From the NCBI GenBank assembly GCA_050014195.1, contig JBEKDT010000015.1, positions 32,001 through 96,000 of the forward strand: DNA of 64,000 nt, given 5' to 3'. The stretch's first letter is position 1. Every line of letters begins with the position of its first letter. Below, one piece after another: positions 19,242-30,287 of the stretch. The notes below the pieces were generated by a model. It did not search any database and was not told the DNA's origin. It was given only the letters and a program-made list of their open reading frames with translations. The translations under genes were made by a program, and so were the position numbers. This DNA comes from Desulfomonilia bacterium (GTDB lineage: Bacteria > Desulfobacterota > Desulfomonilia > UBA1062).

Positions 19242-19580
19242 ATGTCATCTATACTCCTCTCGGCACTAAGGGCAAATGAAATCCTTCAGGCCAACGCCTC
19301 ATCCAATGTGGCGAACATGAACACGCCTGAATACAAGGCAATTCAGACCACCATCGTCCCATCGATCGACGACTCGGTGGATGTGACTACAACCAGCTCC
19401 GATGATCCCGCCCCTCTGGACACTGAAGGCCGCACGGGATCGAACGTGGATGTCACAAAAGATATCACCGACATGATGCAGGCTAAAACGGGTTTCGAGG
19501 CCGCGCTGAGTGCCATCAGCGTCCGTGAGGGTATGCTCGACGACCTTATGACTTTATTAACGAGAGAGCGGCCTCAGTAG
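19242..19580 (+). CDS. Short flagellar basal-body rod-like protein
   Basis: SSNVANMNTPEYK (ANNxAN.NT.GYK-like) and SNVDVTKDITDMM rod/hook terminal motifs. Confidence 0.7.
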   Translation: MSSILLSALRANEILQANASSNVANMNTPEYKAIQTTIVPSIDDSVDVTTTSSDDPAPLDTEGRTGSNVDVTKDITDMMQAKTGFEAALSAISVREGMLDDLMTLLTRERPQ

Positions 19581-19640
19581 TCAGCAGTCACTATTCAAAA
19601 TAAAAATTTTTCTTAACCGGATCCGGGAGCAATTAATTCT

Positions 19641-19925
19641 GGTTCTTCTCTGTGAAGCATACTTTTATAGTTTGCATCCTTTTCACAGCCCATTGTTCTC
19701 ACCACGAAGGACACGAAGAGCACGAAGAATGTCTAAGAAATATATAACAGCCACTCTTGGATCCTTTGCCCTGGACTGAGATTTAAAAAGGTTTCCTTTC
19801 TTCGTGTCCTTCGTGGTGAAAGTATTCCTATGTCTGCTCGAACCCCATGCTCAATTCTGGTTGCTATGCTGCGCTAAGCTCTTCGTGGTGATATATCCCT
19901 TTGTGTGCTCTTCAATGATCCGAGG
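19641..19925. repeat. Dispersed MITE/REP-like repeat, copy 2
   Basis: Reverse-complement homolog of 13323-13536 with an extra ~70-bp module and a third CTTCGTGGTG. Confidence 0.85.
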
Positions 19926-19974
19926 ATGCTTTACTGGGATGAACCTTAATTCTTGGCAGGATTGTAAAACCCAC

Positions 19975-20200
19975 TATCTCTTCAAAAAGGGCGGGGCCCA
20001 TCCGGCGCTGGGGGCAGGCGTGCCCATCGTACCCATAACGGGAAGCGGAACTTACGGGATCCTCCCCAAACACTCAATCCGGGTCAGACCGGGCAGGATT
20101 ACCATGACCGTCCTCGAAGCCCATATACCCTAAAGGACACGATGTCGTATCGCTTATGGAAGAGGTATACAAGTCCGTCAAACTCGGTTATACTGCCTAG
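19975..20200 (+). pseudogene. C-terminal fragment of a PlsC-like acyltransferase, frameshifted
   Basis: FKKGG...AGVPIVPITGSGTYGILPK...PGRITMTVLE, then a frameshift into PIYPKGHDVVSLMEEVYKSV; no N-terminal HxxxxD motif. Confidence 0.65.
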
Positions 20201-20203
20201 CCG

Positions 20204-21466
20204 ATGATTGGTGATCTGCTCTACAGGTGTCCTTTGTGCGGTGCATTTGATTGGCTTGAGAGAGATCATTGCGTTTCCTGTAATATGGACTTCAGGCTCG
20301 TAACCCGCTCGCTTGCATCCGTTAACGGTGATGTCAGGCCCATCTCGCACTGGTATAAGAAGATCCGGGCCTTCGATCCGCCCAGGGACCCGTCCGGCGT
20401 CATTATGAAAAGCCGGCAGGTCAGGCTCTCCCGGGAGTCTCAAGAGGGTATATATAAGGGGTATGCAGGCATTACGGCATACCATTTCTCAAGGGTCCAG
20501 GCGGACATGGGCACCCTGACCCTGAAAGAAGACGGTCTGAGCTTCTCGGGGGCCGCCGGCAGCATCGACCTGCCGTTGAATAAAATCCTGGGGGTTACCA
20601 TCGAATCGAACACCATTATCATCATCAACCCGGCGCATGGGCCCCTGTTCTTTGATTTCCTGGAAGAATCGGGGAAAAAGTGGGAAGACCTCATCCAGGG
20701 CTCACTCATAAAACATTATGATCCCAAAAATATCGTGGAATTTTACCCACGGGTCCTCATTCAAGGCTCCCTGAGGGAAAACCCCTCAAAGGCACCGGGC
20801 CATCTCAAGCTGCACGTACCGGAGAAGAAGTGGTACGCAAAGGATAAAAGCCTGCTCTCTGCTGCGCTTAAGCCTGTTGCCCGGCCTATTCTGAAGGCAC
20901 TCCTGTCGATAAAGATTACCGGGCTTGAGAACATACCCGCAAAGGGTCCGGCCATCGTAATGCCCAATCACACGTCTTTCCTCGATTCCGTTGTCCTCGG
21001 CTTCTTTACAAAGCGGGACATCTGGTTCATGGCAAAAAATTCGGAATACCGCCACGCCTTCATGAAGTGGTTCCTGCGCCATGCAGGCTCCTTCCCCGTC
21101 CGGCGGTACAATATCGATGTCCAGGCCGTTCGAAACACCATACGGGTGGTTCAGCACGGCCACATCCTGGGCATATTCCCCGAGGGAGAGCGCACATGGG
21201 ACGGTGAGATGCTCCCGCTCCGCACCGGCACGATCCGGCTCATCCTGGCGCTGAATACGCCCATCATCCCGGTGGGCATTTCCGGTTCATACGAACTCAT
21301 GCCCCGCTGGACAGCCTCCATCAAGCGTGTCCCGGTCAATATCTCCATAGGCAAACCGATCAAGTTTGCCCACATACCTATCCCGAGACAGACCAGGGAC
21401 GACATAGAGTCCGCATCCACGGAACTGCGTACGCAGATACAAAAACTGATCGGGGGGACACCATGA
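20204..21466 (+). CDS. Lysophospholipid acyltransferase (PlsC domain) with N-terminal Cys-containing domain
   Basis: NHTSFLD, FPEGERT, PIIPVGI; N-terminal CPLC...CVSC. Confidence 0.85.
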   Translation: MIGDLLYRCPLCGAFDWLERDHCVSCNMDFRLVTRSLASVNGDVRPISHWYKKIRAFDPPRDPSGVIMKSRQVRLSRESQEGIYKGYAGITAYHFSRVQADMGTLTLKEDGLSFSGAAGSIDLPLNKILGVTIESNTIIIINPAHGPLFFDFLEESGKKWEDLIQGSLIKHYDPKNIVEFYPRVLIQGSLRENPSKAPGHLKLHVPEKKWYAKDKSLLSAALKPVARPILKALLSIKITGLENIPAKGPAIVMPNHTSFLDSVVLGFFTKRDIWFMAKNSEYRHAFMKWFLRHAGSFPVRRYNIDVQAVRNTIRVVQHGHILGIFPEGERTWDGEMLPLRTGTIRLILALNTPIIPVGISGSYELMPRWTASIKRVPVNISIGKPIKFAHIPIPRQTRDDIESASTELRTQIQKLIGGTP

Positions 21467-23079
21467 GCATGGTAAAGGTAATCCCCTTAGGCGGTGTCAG
21501 AGAGTTCGGGCTCAATTCCATGGTCATCGAGACCGCTCAGGGGTCGATCGTGGTGGATACGGGCGTTATGTTCCCCAAGTTCAATCCTACCGGCATTGAC
21601 CAGATCATTCCGGACTTCAGCTATGTGGTGGATAACCAGGAGGCATTCCAGGGCATCCTCCTTACCCATGGACATGAAGACCATATCGGGGCGCTACCCT
21701 ACCTTTTGAAAGAGGCCCCCATACCCGTCTACAGCCATCCCTTTACCCTGGAGCTGGCCAAGCGAAAGCTCAAGGAATATGACATGGACGGCCGTCTCAA
21801 ACTCATCCCGGTCCATGCGGGCCAGAAGATAAGCCTGGCGGGCATGGACATCGAATTCATCGAGGTGCGCCATTCCACCATCGGGTGTTTTTCATTGAAC
21901 ATACTCACGCCCCAGGGACGCATCGTCCATTCCGGAGACTTCAAGGAGGTTCCAAGCGAATTCAGGACCATGGAAGGACCGGTGAAGCTCTTTATCTGCG
22001 AGAGCACCAACGCAGAGCTCGACCCCAGATGCTCGGACGAGGACAAGGTCTTCTCCAGCATAGACTCCATCATCAAAAAGACACACGGTGCAGTGCTCAT
22101 CTCCACATTCTCCAGTCATGTGAAGCGCGTCCAGATGCTCTATGAGCTTGCCGTGCGGAACAACAGAAAGGTCACCATCATCGGCAGGAGCATGAATCAG
22201 ATTGTGGATATCGCCACCGACCTCGGTATCCTCGATCTCGATCCGAGGGACCTCATCAAGCCTGAGGAAATCGTTTCCATTGACAGAAGCAAGCTCATGA
22301 TCATCTGCACGGGCACCCAGGGTGAGGTCTATTCGGTCCTGTCACTCATCGCGAGAGGCTGGCACAAATTCAAGGTGAAGACCGGCGACAGCGCTATCAT
22401 CTCGGCCCGCATCATCCCCGGCAACGAGATCGCCATTGCCCGCTGCATCGACCAGCTCATCGATTACGGCGCCCGGGTCTATTACCCCGATATTGCCGAT
22501 GTTCATGCCACAGGCCATGCCACACATAAGGCACTAATCGAGTCGGTCAGGCTGCTCAATCCTCAGATCCTCATGCCCATCCACGGCGAGCTGCGCCACA
22601 TGAAGTCATTAGCGGACATGGTGGAGACATCGCTCAACCTTAACCCGCAGATCATCTTCGCCAGGCCCGGACAGGTCTGGACCTTAACAGAGAACGGCAT
22701 GGAGATCACCGGTGAAGCACCCTATGGAAAGTGCTTTGTAGACGGTGAGCTCACCGGCGATATCAGGGATGTGGTATTAAGAGACCGCAGGCATATATCC
22801 GAGGGCGGGCTCGTCATCGTGTTCGTCGTGATCGACTCGGTCAAGTATGAAATTGCCCTGGGGCCCGACATCATGTGCAAAGGGGTCGTGCCCGCGAGCA
22901 TGGAGCAGGAGATCATGGAGGAGATCCGTGAGAATGTCCTTTCCATCTTGGGAATCTGCCTCGGCAAGGACACGGACACACAGATTATCCAGAACCGCAT
23001 GCGGGAATCGCTGGGCACCACTCTCAAAGCGAGGCTCGGGAAGAAGCCCATGATCATCCCGATCATCATGGAGATGTAG
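21463..23079 (+). CDS. rnj: Ribonuclease J
   Basis: PLGGVREFGLN, THGHEDHIGA, TGTQGE, IPGNE, HATGHA, PIHGE. Confidence 0.92.
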   Translation: MSMVKVIPLGGVREFGLNSMVIETAQGSIVVDTGVMFPKFNPTGIDQIIPDFSYVVDNQEAFQGILLTHGHEDHIGALPYLLKEAPIPVYSHPFTLELAKRKLKEYDMDGRLKLIPVHAGQKISLAGMDIEFIEVRHSTIGCFSLNILTPQGRIVHSGDFKEVPSEFRTMEGPVKLFICESTNAELDPRCSDEDKVFSSIDSIIKKTHGAVLISTFSSHVKRVQMLYELAVRNNRKVTIIGRSMNQIVDIATDLGILDLDPRDLIKPEEIVSIDRSKLMIICTGTQGEVYSVLSLIARGWHKFKVKTGDSAIISARIIPGNEIAIARCIDQLIDYGARVYYPDIADVHATGHATHKALIESVRLLNPQILMPIHGELRHMKSLADMVETSLNLNPQIIFARPGQVWTLTENGMEITGEAPYGKCFVDGELTGDIRDVVLRDRRHISEGGLVIVFVVIDSVKYEIALGPDIMCKGVVPASMEQEIMEEIRENVLSILGICLGKDTDTQIIQNRMRESLGTTLKARLGKKPMIIPIIMEM

Positions 23080-23258
23080 TTGCGTGGTCTTCCTGCTTTC
23101 CATCACATCTAGGCGGCGGCAATTGCTTTCAAAGCAGGGTTGATTTCTTCTGCATTTCTGGTATGGACGTTACAAAGAGAGTCTTTTTTCATCTTTTCTC
23201 GGTATTGCTTAAGCGGCGGGAATTAACCGCCTTGGGTTGAGGTAAGGAAGGTTCATTC

Positions 23259-25475
23259 ATGGCGAAGCGGCAGAGCGGAAGTACGATACCCGTACACGTT
23301 ACCGGACTGGTCTTGAGCTTTGCCGCCGTTTTCCTCCTGCTCGCCCTTATCTCGTATTCCCCTCTGGACCCGGGGTTCACCCTGTCAAAACATACCGAGA
23401 CCTTCCACAACTGGATGGGTTTTGTCGGCTCCTACATAGCGGACGGGCTCTACATCATCCTCGGAATATGGGCCTTCGCCCTACCCGTCTTCCTGGTGGA
23501 CTACGCCTGGCGGTACTGTGTCAGGAAGCATCCGGTGAACTGGATGCACATAGCGAGCACGGTCATGATCATGTTCGCGGTCTTGGGCCTTCTGCACATC
23601 TTTTTAGGCGAGATAAGGCTGTTTTCAACCGCCATCAAATCAGGCGGCGCCATCGGAAAGATCATCGGGGACTCGCTTGTCGGCTACCTCAACCGCTGGG
23701 GCTCGCTGGTGCTCCTGCTCATGCTGCTGGCGGGCGGGATCATGATGGGTTATGACCTTTCTTCTCCCGTGCGCGTGTTCCGGGACTTTACCGCACTCAT
23801 CAGAGAACGGCGGTTCATCAGGGACAAGCGGGGCATGGCCGAGCGTAGTGGCGAATCAAAGCCGTCAAAGAAGAGTTCACCCAAGTCCAAGATTGATAAG
23901 GAACCGAGCGGCAAAGAACCGCGGATCACCATGATGGAACATGGAGGCGTCGATTCATCCGAGGTCCCCAAGCAGGCCACGCTGGACTTTATCAATAACT
24001 ACCAGTTCCCGCCCATATCCCTGCTCAGCAATCCGCCTTGGAAGAGCCGGACGATCACCGAAAAAGAGCTCAAGGCGAATGCCTCGCTGATCCTGTCCAA
24101 GCTCAAGGACTTCGGCGTGGAGGGAGAGATACTCGAGATCAAGCCCGGCCCGGTTATCACCATGTACGAGTTTACACCGGCGCCGGGCATCAAGATCAAC
24201 AAGATCGTGTCTCTGGCCGATGACCTTGCCATGGCGCTCAAGGCCTCTCCGGTACGGGTTGTGGCCCCCATACCCGGCAAGAATGCAGTCGGCATCGAGA
24301 TCCCCAACCGCTCCCGTGAGATCGTGATCTTGCGGAGGATCCTTTCCAGCAAAGAGTTCACAACCGCCACCGCCCCCCTGACCCTGGCCCTGGGCACGGA
24401 TATCGAGGGCGCACCCGTGGTGACCAACCTGGCCAAGATGCCCCACCTCCTCATTGCAGGTGCAACAGGCACCGGCAAGAGTGTGGGTCTGAACACCATG
24501 ATCCTTTCGCTCCTGTATAAGAACAACCCTTCCGAGCTGAAGTTCATCATGATCGACCCAAAACGCATCGAGCTTTCGCACTACGAAGGCATACCGCACC
24601 TGCTGCACCCCGTAGTCATCGACCCGCGTGAGGCCCTGCCGGTCCTCAAATGGGCGGTCAGCGAGATGGAACAGCGCTATGCCCTGTTCAAAGACCATGG
24701 AGTCAAGGGCATCGATTCGTACAACAAAAAGATCAAGAAAGAGGTTTCGGAGCCGAGGACGACCCTGGCCACCCTCGATACGGAAGACTCCGATCCGGGG
24801 CTGCTGCCCAAGATCGTGGTCGTCATCGACGAGATGGCCGACCTCATGATGGTCAACCGCGAGGTGGAGGTCTTCATCGCGCGCCTGGCCCAGATGGCCC
24901 GGGCTGCGGGCATATACATGATCGTGGCCACCCAGCGGCCGTCGGTGGATGTGATTACCGGACTGATCAAGTCCAACTTCCCCTCACGCATCTCCTTCAG
25001 GGTCTCATCAAAGATCGACTCGCGCACCATCCTCGACTCGTCCGGTGCCGATCAGCTTTTAGGCCTTGGCGATATGCTCTTCCTCTCGCCGGGCACCTCA
25101 TACCTGAAGCGCGTGCACGGGGCCTATGTCTCCGAAGAGGAGCTGGACAAGGTGATCGAGTTCATCCGAGAGCAGAAAGGTCCGGACTACATCAGGGAGA
25201 TTGATACGCAGTTAGCAGCGATAGCCAGGGAAGATGACGATTCGAATGGACCGGACGCGGAATATGACCCGGTCTATGACGAGGCATTGGAATTCGTAAC
25301 CAACAAGGGCAGCGCATCCATATCGCTGATCCAGCGGCGGTTCAGGGTTGGGTACAACCGCGCGGCACGGATCATCGAGCAGATGGAAACTGAGGGCATC
25401 TTAGGCCCTGCGGACGCTGCAGGCAAACCACGAAAGGTATTGGTCAGATCATATGCGAATGAATTGGAAGAGTAG
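23259..25475 (+). CDS. ftsK: DNA translocase FtsK
   Basis: N-terminal TMs, MPHLLIAGATGTGKS, IDEMADLMM, ATQRPSVDV, gamma domain GYNRAARIIE. Confidence 0.97.
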   Translation: MAKRQSGSTIPVHVTGLVLSFAAVFLLLALISYSPLDPGFTLSKHTETFHNWMGFVGSYIADGLYIILGIWAFALPVFLVDYAWRYCVRKHPVNWMHIASTVMIMFAVLGLLHIFLGEIRLFSTAIKSGGAIGKIIGDSLVGYLNRWGSLVLLLMLLAGGIMMGYDLSSPVRVFRDFTALIRERRFIRDKRGMAERSGESKPSKKSSPKSKIDKEPSGKEPRITMMEHGGVDSSEVPKQATLDFINNYQFPPISLLSNPPWKSRTITEKELKANASLILSKLKDFGVEGEILEIKPGPVITMYEFTPAPGIKINKIVSLADDLAMALKASPVRVVAPIPGKNAVGIEIPNRSREIVILRRILSSKEFTTATAPLTLALGTDIEGAPVVTNLAKMPHLLIAGATGTGKSVGLNTMILSLLYKNNPSELKFIMIDPKRIELSHYEGIPHLLHPVVIDPREALPVLKWAVSEMEQRYALFKDHGVKGIDSYNKKIKKEVSEPRTTLATLDTEDSDPGLLPKIVVVIDEMADLMMVNREVEVFIARLAQMARAAGIYMIVATQRPSVDVITGLIKSNFPSRISFRVSSKIDSRTILDSSGADQLLGLGDMLFLSPGTSYLKRVHGAYVSEEELDKVIEFIREQKGPDYIREIDTQLAAIAREDDDSNGPDAEYDPVYDEALEFVTNKGSASISLIQRRFRVGYNRAARIIEQMETEGILGPADAAGKPRKVLVRSYANELEE

Positions 25476-26079
25476 TCTTTTACCTGTTGTATTAATCCTG
25501 ACTTTATCCGGTATCTCCAATGCGGTCGAGCTCACCAGGGTGCAGCAGCGCTTCAGCAAGGTCCAGGACTTCACGGCCGTATTCAGGCAGGAGACCTTCC
25601 AGGTGATCGCCAACAAGACGGTCCATTTCGACGGAAAGGTTTCCTACAAGCGCGACGCCGGTGTCAGGATGGATGTGACGAGCCCTCAAAAACAGATCCT
25701 TATCCTGAAAGGCCAGACCGTGCTGGTGATCCTCCCTGAGGAAGGGACCTCGCAGGTCCAGGAGATCCCGAATGAGATCGCGGCCCAGAATATCCTGGGG
25801 TTCTTCACCGGGCTTAGCTCCATCGAGGAGCACTATACCGTTCAATCCGCGGACGACCACCTTGTGCTCATGCCGAAGACCGGGACCGGGTCCATCTCGG
25901 TCTGGGTGAACACGGACAACCTCATTTCCCGTATCCTGCTGAAAGACGCCATGGGCAACACGAGCGACATCACGTTGAGCTCCTACCGCTTCAACAGGGG
26001 CATCAGCGACGAGCTGTTCCAGCAGAAAAACGGCGGTACCACGGGAACCCCGAAGGAAAAGACCCCCGGAAACGGCTAA
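25453..26079 (+). CDS. lolA: Outer-membrane lipoprotein carrier LolA-like
   Basis: Signal peptide, DFTAVFRQ, FNRGISDELF; conserved position after ftsK. Confidence 0.75.
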   Translation: MRMNWKSSLLPVVLILTLSGISNAVELTRVQQRFSKVQDFTAVFRQETFQVIANKTVHFDGKVSYKRDAGVRMDVTSPQKQILILKGQTVLVILPEEGTSQVQEIPNEIAAQNILGFFTGLSSIEEHYTVQSADDHLVLMPKTGTGSISVWVNTDNLISRILLKDAMGNTSDITLSSYRFNRGISDELFQQKNGGTTGTPKEKTPGNG

Positions 26080-26347
26080 CCAAAAGGTTGCAGAGCAGGA
26101 AAGGCAATAGCCCAACTCCTTCATGCCCATCGTCTCATAGAGCTCGACGTAGCCGCAGCGGATGGCCTCATGTGCCGCTTCCATGGCCCTGTCCCGGCCG
26201 AAGGCTCGTGTGAACCCCCTGATCAGGCACGCTGCGGATCTTCCGTGAGGTCGCAAACCTGGTATGCATCCCATATATTATTTTTATTCCAAAAAAGGGG
26301 TACCATCCTTGAAAATAAAGATTATTATATTATAAAGAGATAGCAAT

Positions 26348-26779
26348 ATGAATATCGTCGAACATGCCATAGCCCTTGCTGCCAGGGCGCATGCAGGGCA
26401 GCTTGACAAGGCAGGCGTGCCTTACATCTTTCACCCCATCAGGGTCATGCTGAGAATGACCACCGACAACGAACGCATTGCAGCCGTACTGCACGACGTG
26501 GTGGAGGACTGCGGGTGGACGCTGGAACAGCTCGCATCGGAAGGGTTCAGCAGCATTGTCATCGATGCGGTCGATGCCTTGACGAAACGGCCGGGCGAGG
26601 ACTACGAAGCCTTTGTATTACGGGCAGCCGCAAACGCCATTGCCCGGAAGGTGAAGCTTGCGGACCTGGCGGACAACAGCGACCCTCAACGGAGTGTAGA
26701 CCACACGGAACGCGGCCGTGCCCGTCTGGAGAAATACCGCAGGGCTGCCGAAGTGCTGAGCGAGATCGACCAGCCGTAG
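26348..26779 (+). CDS. Stand-alone RelA/SpoT-type HD-domain protein
   Basis: AHAGQLDKAGVPYIFHP, VLHDVVED, VKLADLADN. Confidence 0.85.
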   Translation: MNIVEHAIALAARAHAGQLDKAGVPYIFHPIRVMLRMTTDNERIAAVLHDVVEDCGWTLEQLASEGFSSIVIDAVDALTKRPGEDYEAFVLRAAANAIARKVKLADLADNSDPQRSVDHTERGRARLEKYRRAAEVLSEIDQP

Positions 26780-26971
26780 CCCGCAGGGCCGGTGGAGATC
26801 GGGGGCATCATCACGGCCTCGCGCAAGGCATTTGTGAGTTCGCCTACTGCAACACTCCAGGCAGCTATCAAGACCTGCCTGAACAGCAAGATCGCCTTGT
26901 GCATGTTACACTTCAGGGATAAAGAATCAGCGACCTCGGAAACCCTCAAATCAGAGAACTGCGCCGCATTC

Positions 26972-27580
26972 GAGATACTCACCGACGATATAAACCACGG
27001 GGTGCCCATAATGGTATGAATTTGTGAAAGGCCTGGTTTGATCCGTAGGGTGGATGGAGCTTCAGCGTAACCCTTCAAGCCTCTGTAGGAGCGGCTTCAG
27101 CCGCGACCCTCTCCTCTATGCTTCGCTCAAGGCCATGCTCCCTGAATACGAGAGAAGTAGTTAACCCTGCTTGCCGTTTTTATGATACAATAAAAAAACA
27201 AAAAAATGACAATGGATTGGAATGGAGGTGGGGGTGCCCTTGGACTCAAAATTGTAACGTCCCCTTTGCCTCCGGAGATACTGACCAATGATAGGGGCCA
27301 CGGCGGGGTGACCATAGCGGTATGAATTTGCGAAAAGACCCGGTCTGATCCGTAGGATGAGTGAAGCCTCAGCGCAACCCTTCAAACCTCTGTAGGAGCG
27401 GCTTCAGCCGCGACCCTCCTCTATGCCGCGCTCATGGCCATGCCCCCTGTATGCGAGAGAAGTAGTTAACCCTGCTTACCGTTTTTATGATACAATAGAA
27501 AAAGCAAAAAATGACAATGGATTGTAATGAAAAAGAGATGGGGGAGCCCTCAGCTTCATAAAATGGAAACGTCTCTTTTT
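26972..27580. repeat. Diverged tandem duplication (~305-bp unit) containing REP palindromes
   Basis: 26972-27268 aligns with 27275-27580 (e.g. GAGAGAAGTAGTTAACCCTGCTT and TTTTTATGATACAAT in both). Confidence 0.9.
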
Positions 27581-27611
27581 TCATTCCAAATTCATGCTAA
27601 AGGAATAACGT

Positions 27612-30287
27612 TTGACCACTGAGAAGATCACCCTTTCCCAGCTCGAATCCTTTCTCTTCAAGTCCGCCGATATCCTGCGGGGCAAGATGGATGCCTCGGA
27701 GTTTAAGGAATTCATCTTCGGCATGCTGTTCCTCAAGCGCCTCTCCGATGAGTTCGACCGCAAGCGCGAAGATTTGCGCAAAAAGGACTTCGCGCATCTT
27801 AAGGATCAACCTGACCTCATCAAGGAACTGCTGGAGGACAAAACCTCCTACGGCGAAACCTTTTTCGTTCCCGTGCGCGCCCGCTGGCACGAAGCCTGGA
27901 CCGACGAGAACAATGAGCTGGTTCCGGCCCTTAAGGACCTGAAGTATGACATCGGCAACATGCTCAACAAGGCCATTGCCGCGGTTGAAGAGGAAAACGA
28001 CGCTTTGGCCGGTGTGCTGAAGAACAACATCGACTTCAATGCAGTCAAAGGCAAGACCAAGATCCCGGACCAGAAGTGGAAGGAACTGCTGGACCACTTT
28101 AACCAACCTGGGTTCGTGCTGGTCAATGACAACTTCGAGTTCCCTGACCTGCTGGGAGCGGCCTACGAATATCTGATCAAGTTCTTTGCCGACAGTGCAG
28201 GCAAGAAAGGCGGCGAGTTCTATACACCCGCCGAGGTGGTGCGTCTGCTGGTGCAGCTTACTAAGCCCGAGGCCGGCAACACGATCTACGACCCCACTGC
28301 CGGCTCAGGCGGCTTCCTGATCCAGGCGCACCAATACGTGGAGGAACAGGGACAGGACCCGAATGACCTCGCCCTTTACGGCCAGGACTCCAACGGCACG
28401 GTCTGGTCCATCTGCAACATGAACATGATCCTCCACAACATTACCCGCTTCACCATTGAGAACGGCGACACCCTGGAGGACCCGCAGATCCTGGAAAACG
28501 GCCAGGTGCGCAGATTCGACCGAGTGCTGGCCAACCCGCCCTTTTCTCAGAACTACAGCCGGGCCAATCTGAAATTCCCGGAACGCTTCCGCGAGTGGTG
28601 CCCCGAGACCGGCAAGAAGGCCGACCTCATGTTCGTTCAGCACATGCTGGCCAGCCTCAAGCAGCGCGGCCACATGGCCACCATCATGCCCCACGGGGTA
28701 TTGTCTCGGCGTGGCAAAGAAAAGCTCATCCGCGAGATCTTCATTAATGACGACGTGATCGAGGCCATCATCAGCCTGCCACCCGGCCTCTTCTATGGCA
28801 CCGGGATATCTGCCTGCGTCATCGCGGCGAACAAGAACAAGCCCGATGAGCTGAAAGAGAAGGTGCTGTTCATCAATGCCGACCACGAGTACGCCGAAGG
28901 CAAGGCCCAAAACAAGCTGCGGCCCGAGGACATCGAGAAGATCGACTTCGTGTTCACCCACAAGCTGGAAATCCCCAAGTACAGCCGCCTGGTGGACAAG
29001 GCCGAGATTGTGGATCTTCACGACTACAATCTCAACATAAGGCGTTATGTGGATAACACCCCTGACCCGGAACCGGAAGATGTGCAGGCCCACCTGATCG
29101 GCGGCATCCCCGAGGCAGCGGTCGCCTCCCGCGCTGCCGATTTTGCCCGCTTCGGCATACAGCAGGCAACGCTCTTTCAGCCCGAACGCCCAGGTTACCT
29201 CGCCTTCCTGTTACATATTGAAACCAGGCCCGCCATCAAGACCGTGCTCGAAGCTGACCCCGCACTCCTACAGACGCTCGCCGGCCACCACGATGCCCTG
29301 GAGGCCTGGTGGGCTGTGGCCCAGGTCGATTTTGCCGGGCTGCGCGATGGCAGAAAGATGCCGGAGGTCCGCCATGAGCTGTTGAAAACGCTCAAGTGCA
29401 AACTTATTCCTTTGCACGTGCTCGATGAATTCAAGGCCGCCGGGGTATTTGTGAACTGGTGGCAGCAGATCCGCTATGACCTGAAGACCATCATCTCTAT
29501 GGGCTGGCACCACGGCCTGATCCCTGATGAATACCTCATTGCCGAATTCTTCCAGTCGGAGGCAGATGGAATAGAAACATTGGAGGCAAGGATCAGCGAG
29601 GCCCAGGGCGAGCTGACCGAGGCGGTGGAGACCGCACAGGAAGTGGCCTCTTATGAGCCGGAAGAAGACGAGAACGTCACTGCAACTGTCATAAAAAAGG
29701 CTCTCAAGGACCTCATCGACGACCTCAAGACCGTCACGGGAGACTCTGCCCGCAATGAGCTTGAAAACCTGCAGGCTCAGGAAAAGGCCCTCAGTGCCAT
29801 TGAGAAACGAATTAAGGAAAGCAAGGCGGCACTGAAAGCCAAGACTAATGAGCTTGAGCTCAAGCTCCAGCTCAAGCGCCTGGGCGGTGACGAGTTCAAG
29901 GCCGAGAACCTGGAGCTGATCCGGCAGGTGGACAATCAACTGGCAAACCTCGATGGCGCCAACAAGGACGACAAAAAAAAGATCACTGCCTTGCACAAGG
30001 ACAGGACCGTATTGCATGCCCGCCTAGCCAAAACCGACGGCATCCTCAACGCCATAGGCGGCCGTCTCACCGAAGAACAAACCCGAATTCTCATCCTGAA
30101 AAAGCTCTATGACATCGCGAGCAGCGAGCTGAATCGCTATCTGAATTCTGAAAAGCGTGGACTCATTGCCGGGGTAGAGAACCTTTGGGACAAGTATGCC
30201 GTGTCAAGTCGTGAGCTGGAAAAGCAACGAGCTGAAACCTTTAAGGCGTTGGAGGGGTTTCTGGGCGGATTGAGGTATATTAGATGA
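27612..30287 (+). CDS. hsdM: Type I restriction-modification methyltransferase subunit
   Basis: [28 protein letters not shown]; long C-terminal coiled coil. Confidence 0.93.
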   Translation: MTTEKITLSQLESFLFKSADILRGKMDASEFKEFIFGMLFLKRLSDEFDRKREDLRKKDFAHLKDQPDLIKELLEDKTSYGETFFVPVRARWHEAWTDENNELVPALKDLKYDIGNMLNKAIAAVEEENDALAGVLKNNIDFNAVKGKTKIPDQKWKELLDHFNQPGFVLVNDNFEFPDLLGAAYEYLIKFFADSAGKKGGEFYTPAEVVRLLVQLTKPEAGNTIYDPTAGSGGFLIQAHQYVEEQGQDPNDLALYGQDSNGTVWSICNMNMILHNITRFTIENGDTLEDPQILENGQVRRFDRVLANPPFSQNYSRANLKFPERFREWCPETGKKADLMFVQHMLASLKQRGHMATIMPHGVLSRRGKEKLIREIFINDDVIEAIISLPPGLFYGTGISACVIAANKNKPDELKEKVLFINADHEYAEGKAQNKLRPEDIEKIDFVFTHKLEIPKYSRLVDKAEIVDLHDYNLNIRRYVDNTPDPEPEDVQAHLIGGIPEAAVASRAADFARFGIQQATLFQPERPGYLAFLLHIETRPAIKTVLEADPALLQTLAGHHDALEAWWAVAQVDFAGLRDGRKMPEVRHELLKTLKCKLIPLHVLDEFKAAGVFVNWWQQIRYDLKTIISMGWHHGLIPDEYLIAEFFQSEADGIETLEARISEAQGELTEAVETAQEVASYEPEEDENVTATVIKKALKDLIDDLKTVTGDSARNELENLQAQEKALSAIEKRIKESKAALKAKTNELELKLQLKRLGGDEFKAENLELIRQVDNQLANLDGANKDDKKKITALHKDRTVLHARLAKTDGILNAIGGRLTEEQTRILILKKLYDIASSELNRYLNSEKRGLIAGVENLWDKYAVSSRELEKQRAETFKALEGFLGGLRYIR

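Noticed and set aside
19804-19975. N-terminus of the 109-aa ORF MSFVVKV...
   Set aside because: Translation of repeat copy 2 fused by chance to the plsC remnant.
25504-26274. 256-aa minus-strand ORF
   Set aside because: Mostly antisense to lolA; the unique 5' 65 codons could be a gene remnant, but I cannot assign them.
26792-27019. 75-aa ORF upstream of the tandem duplication
   Set aside because: No convincing start or RBS; probably a 3' gene fragment of unknown family.
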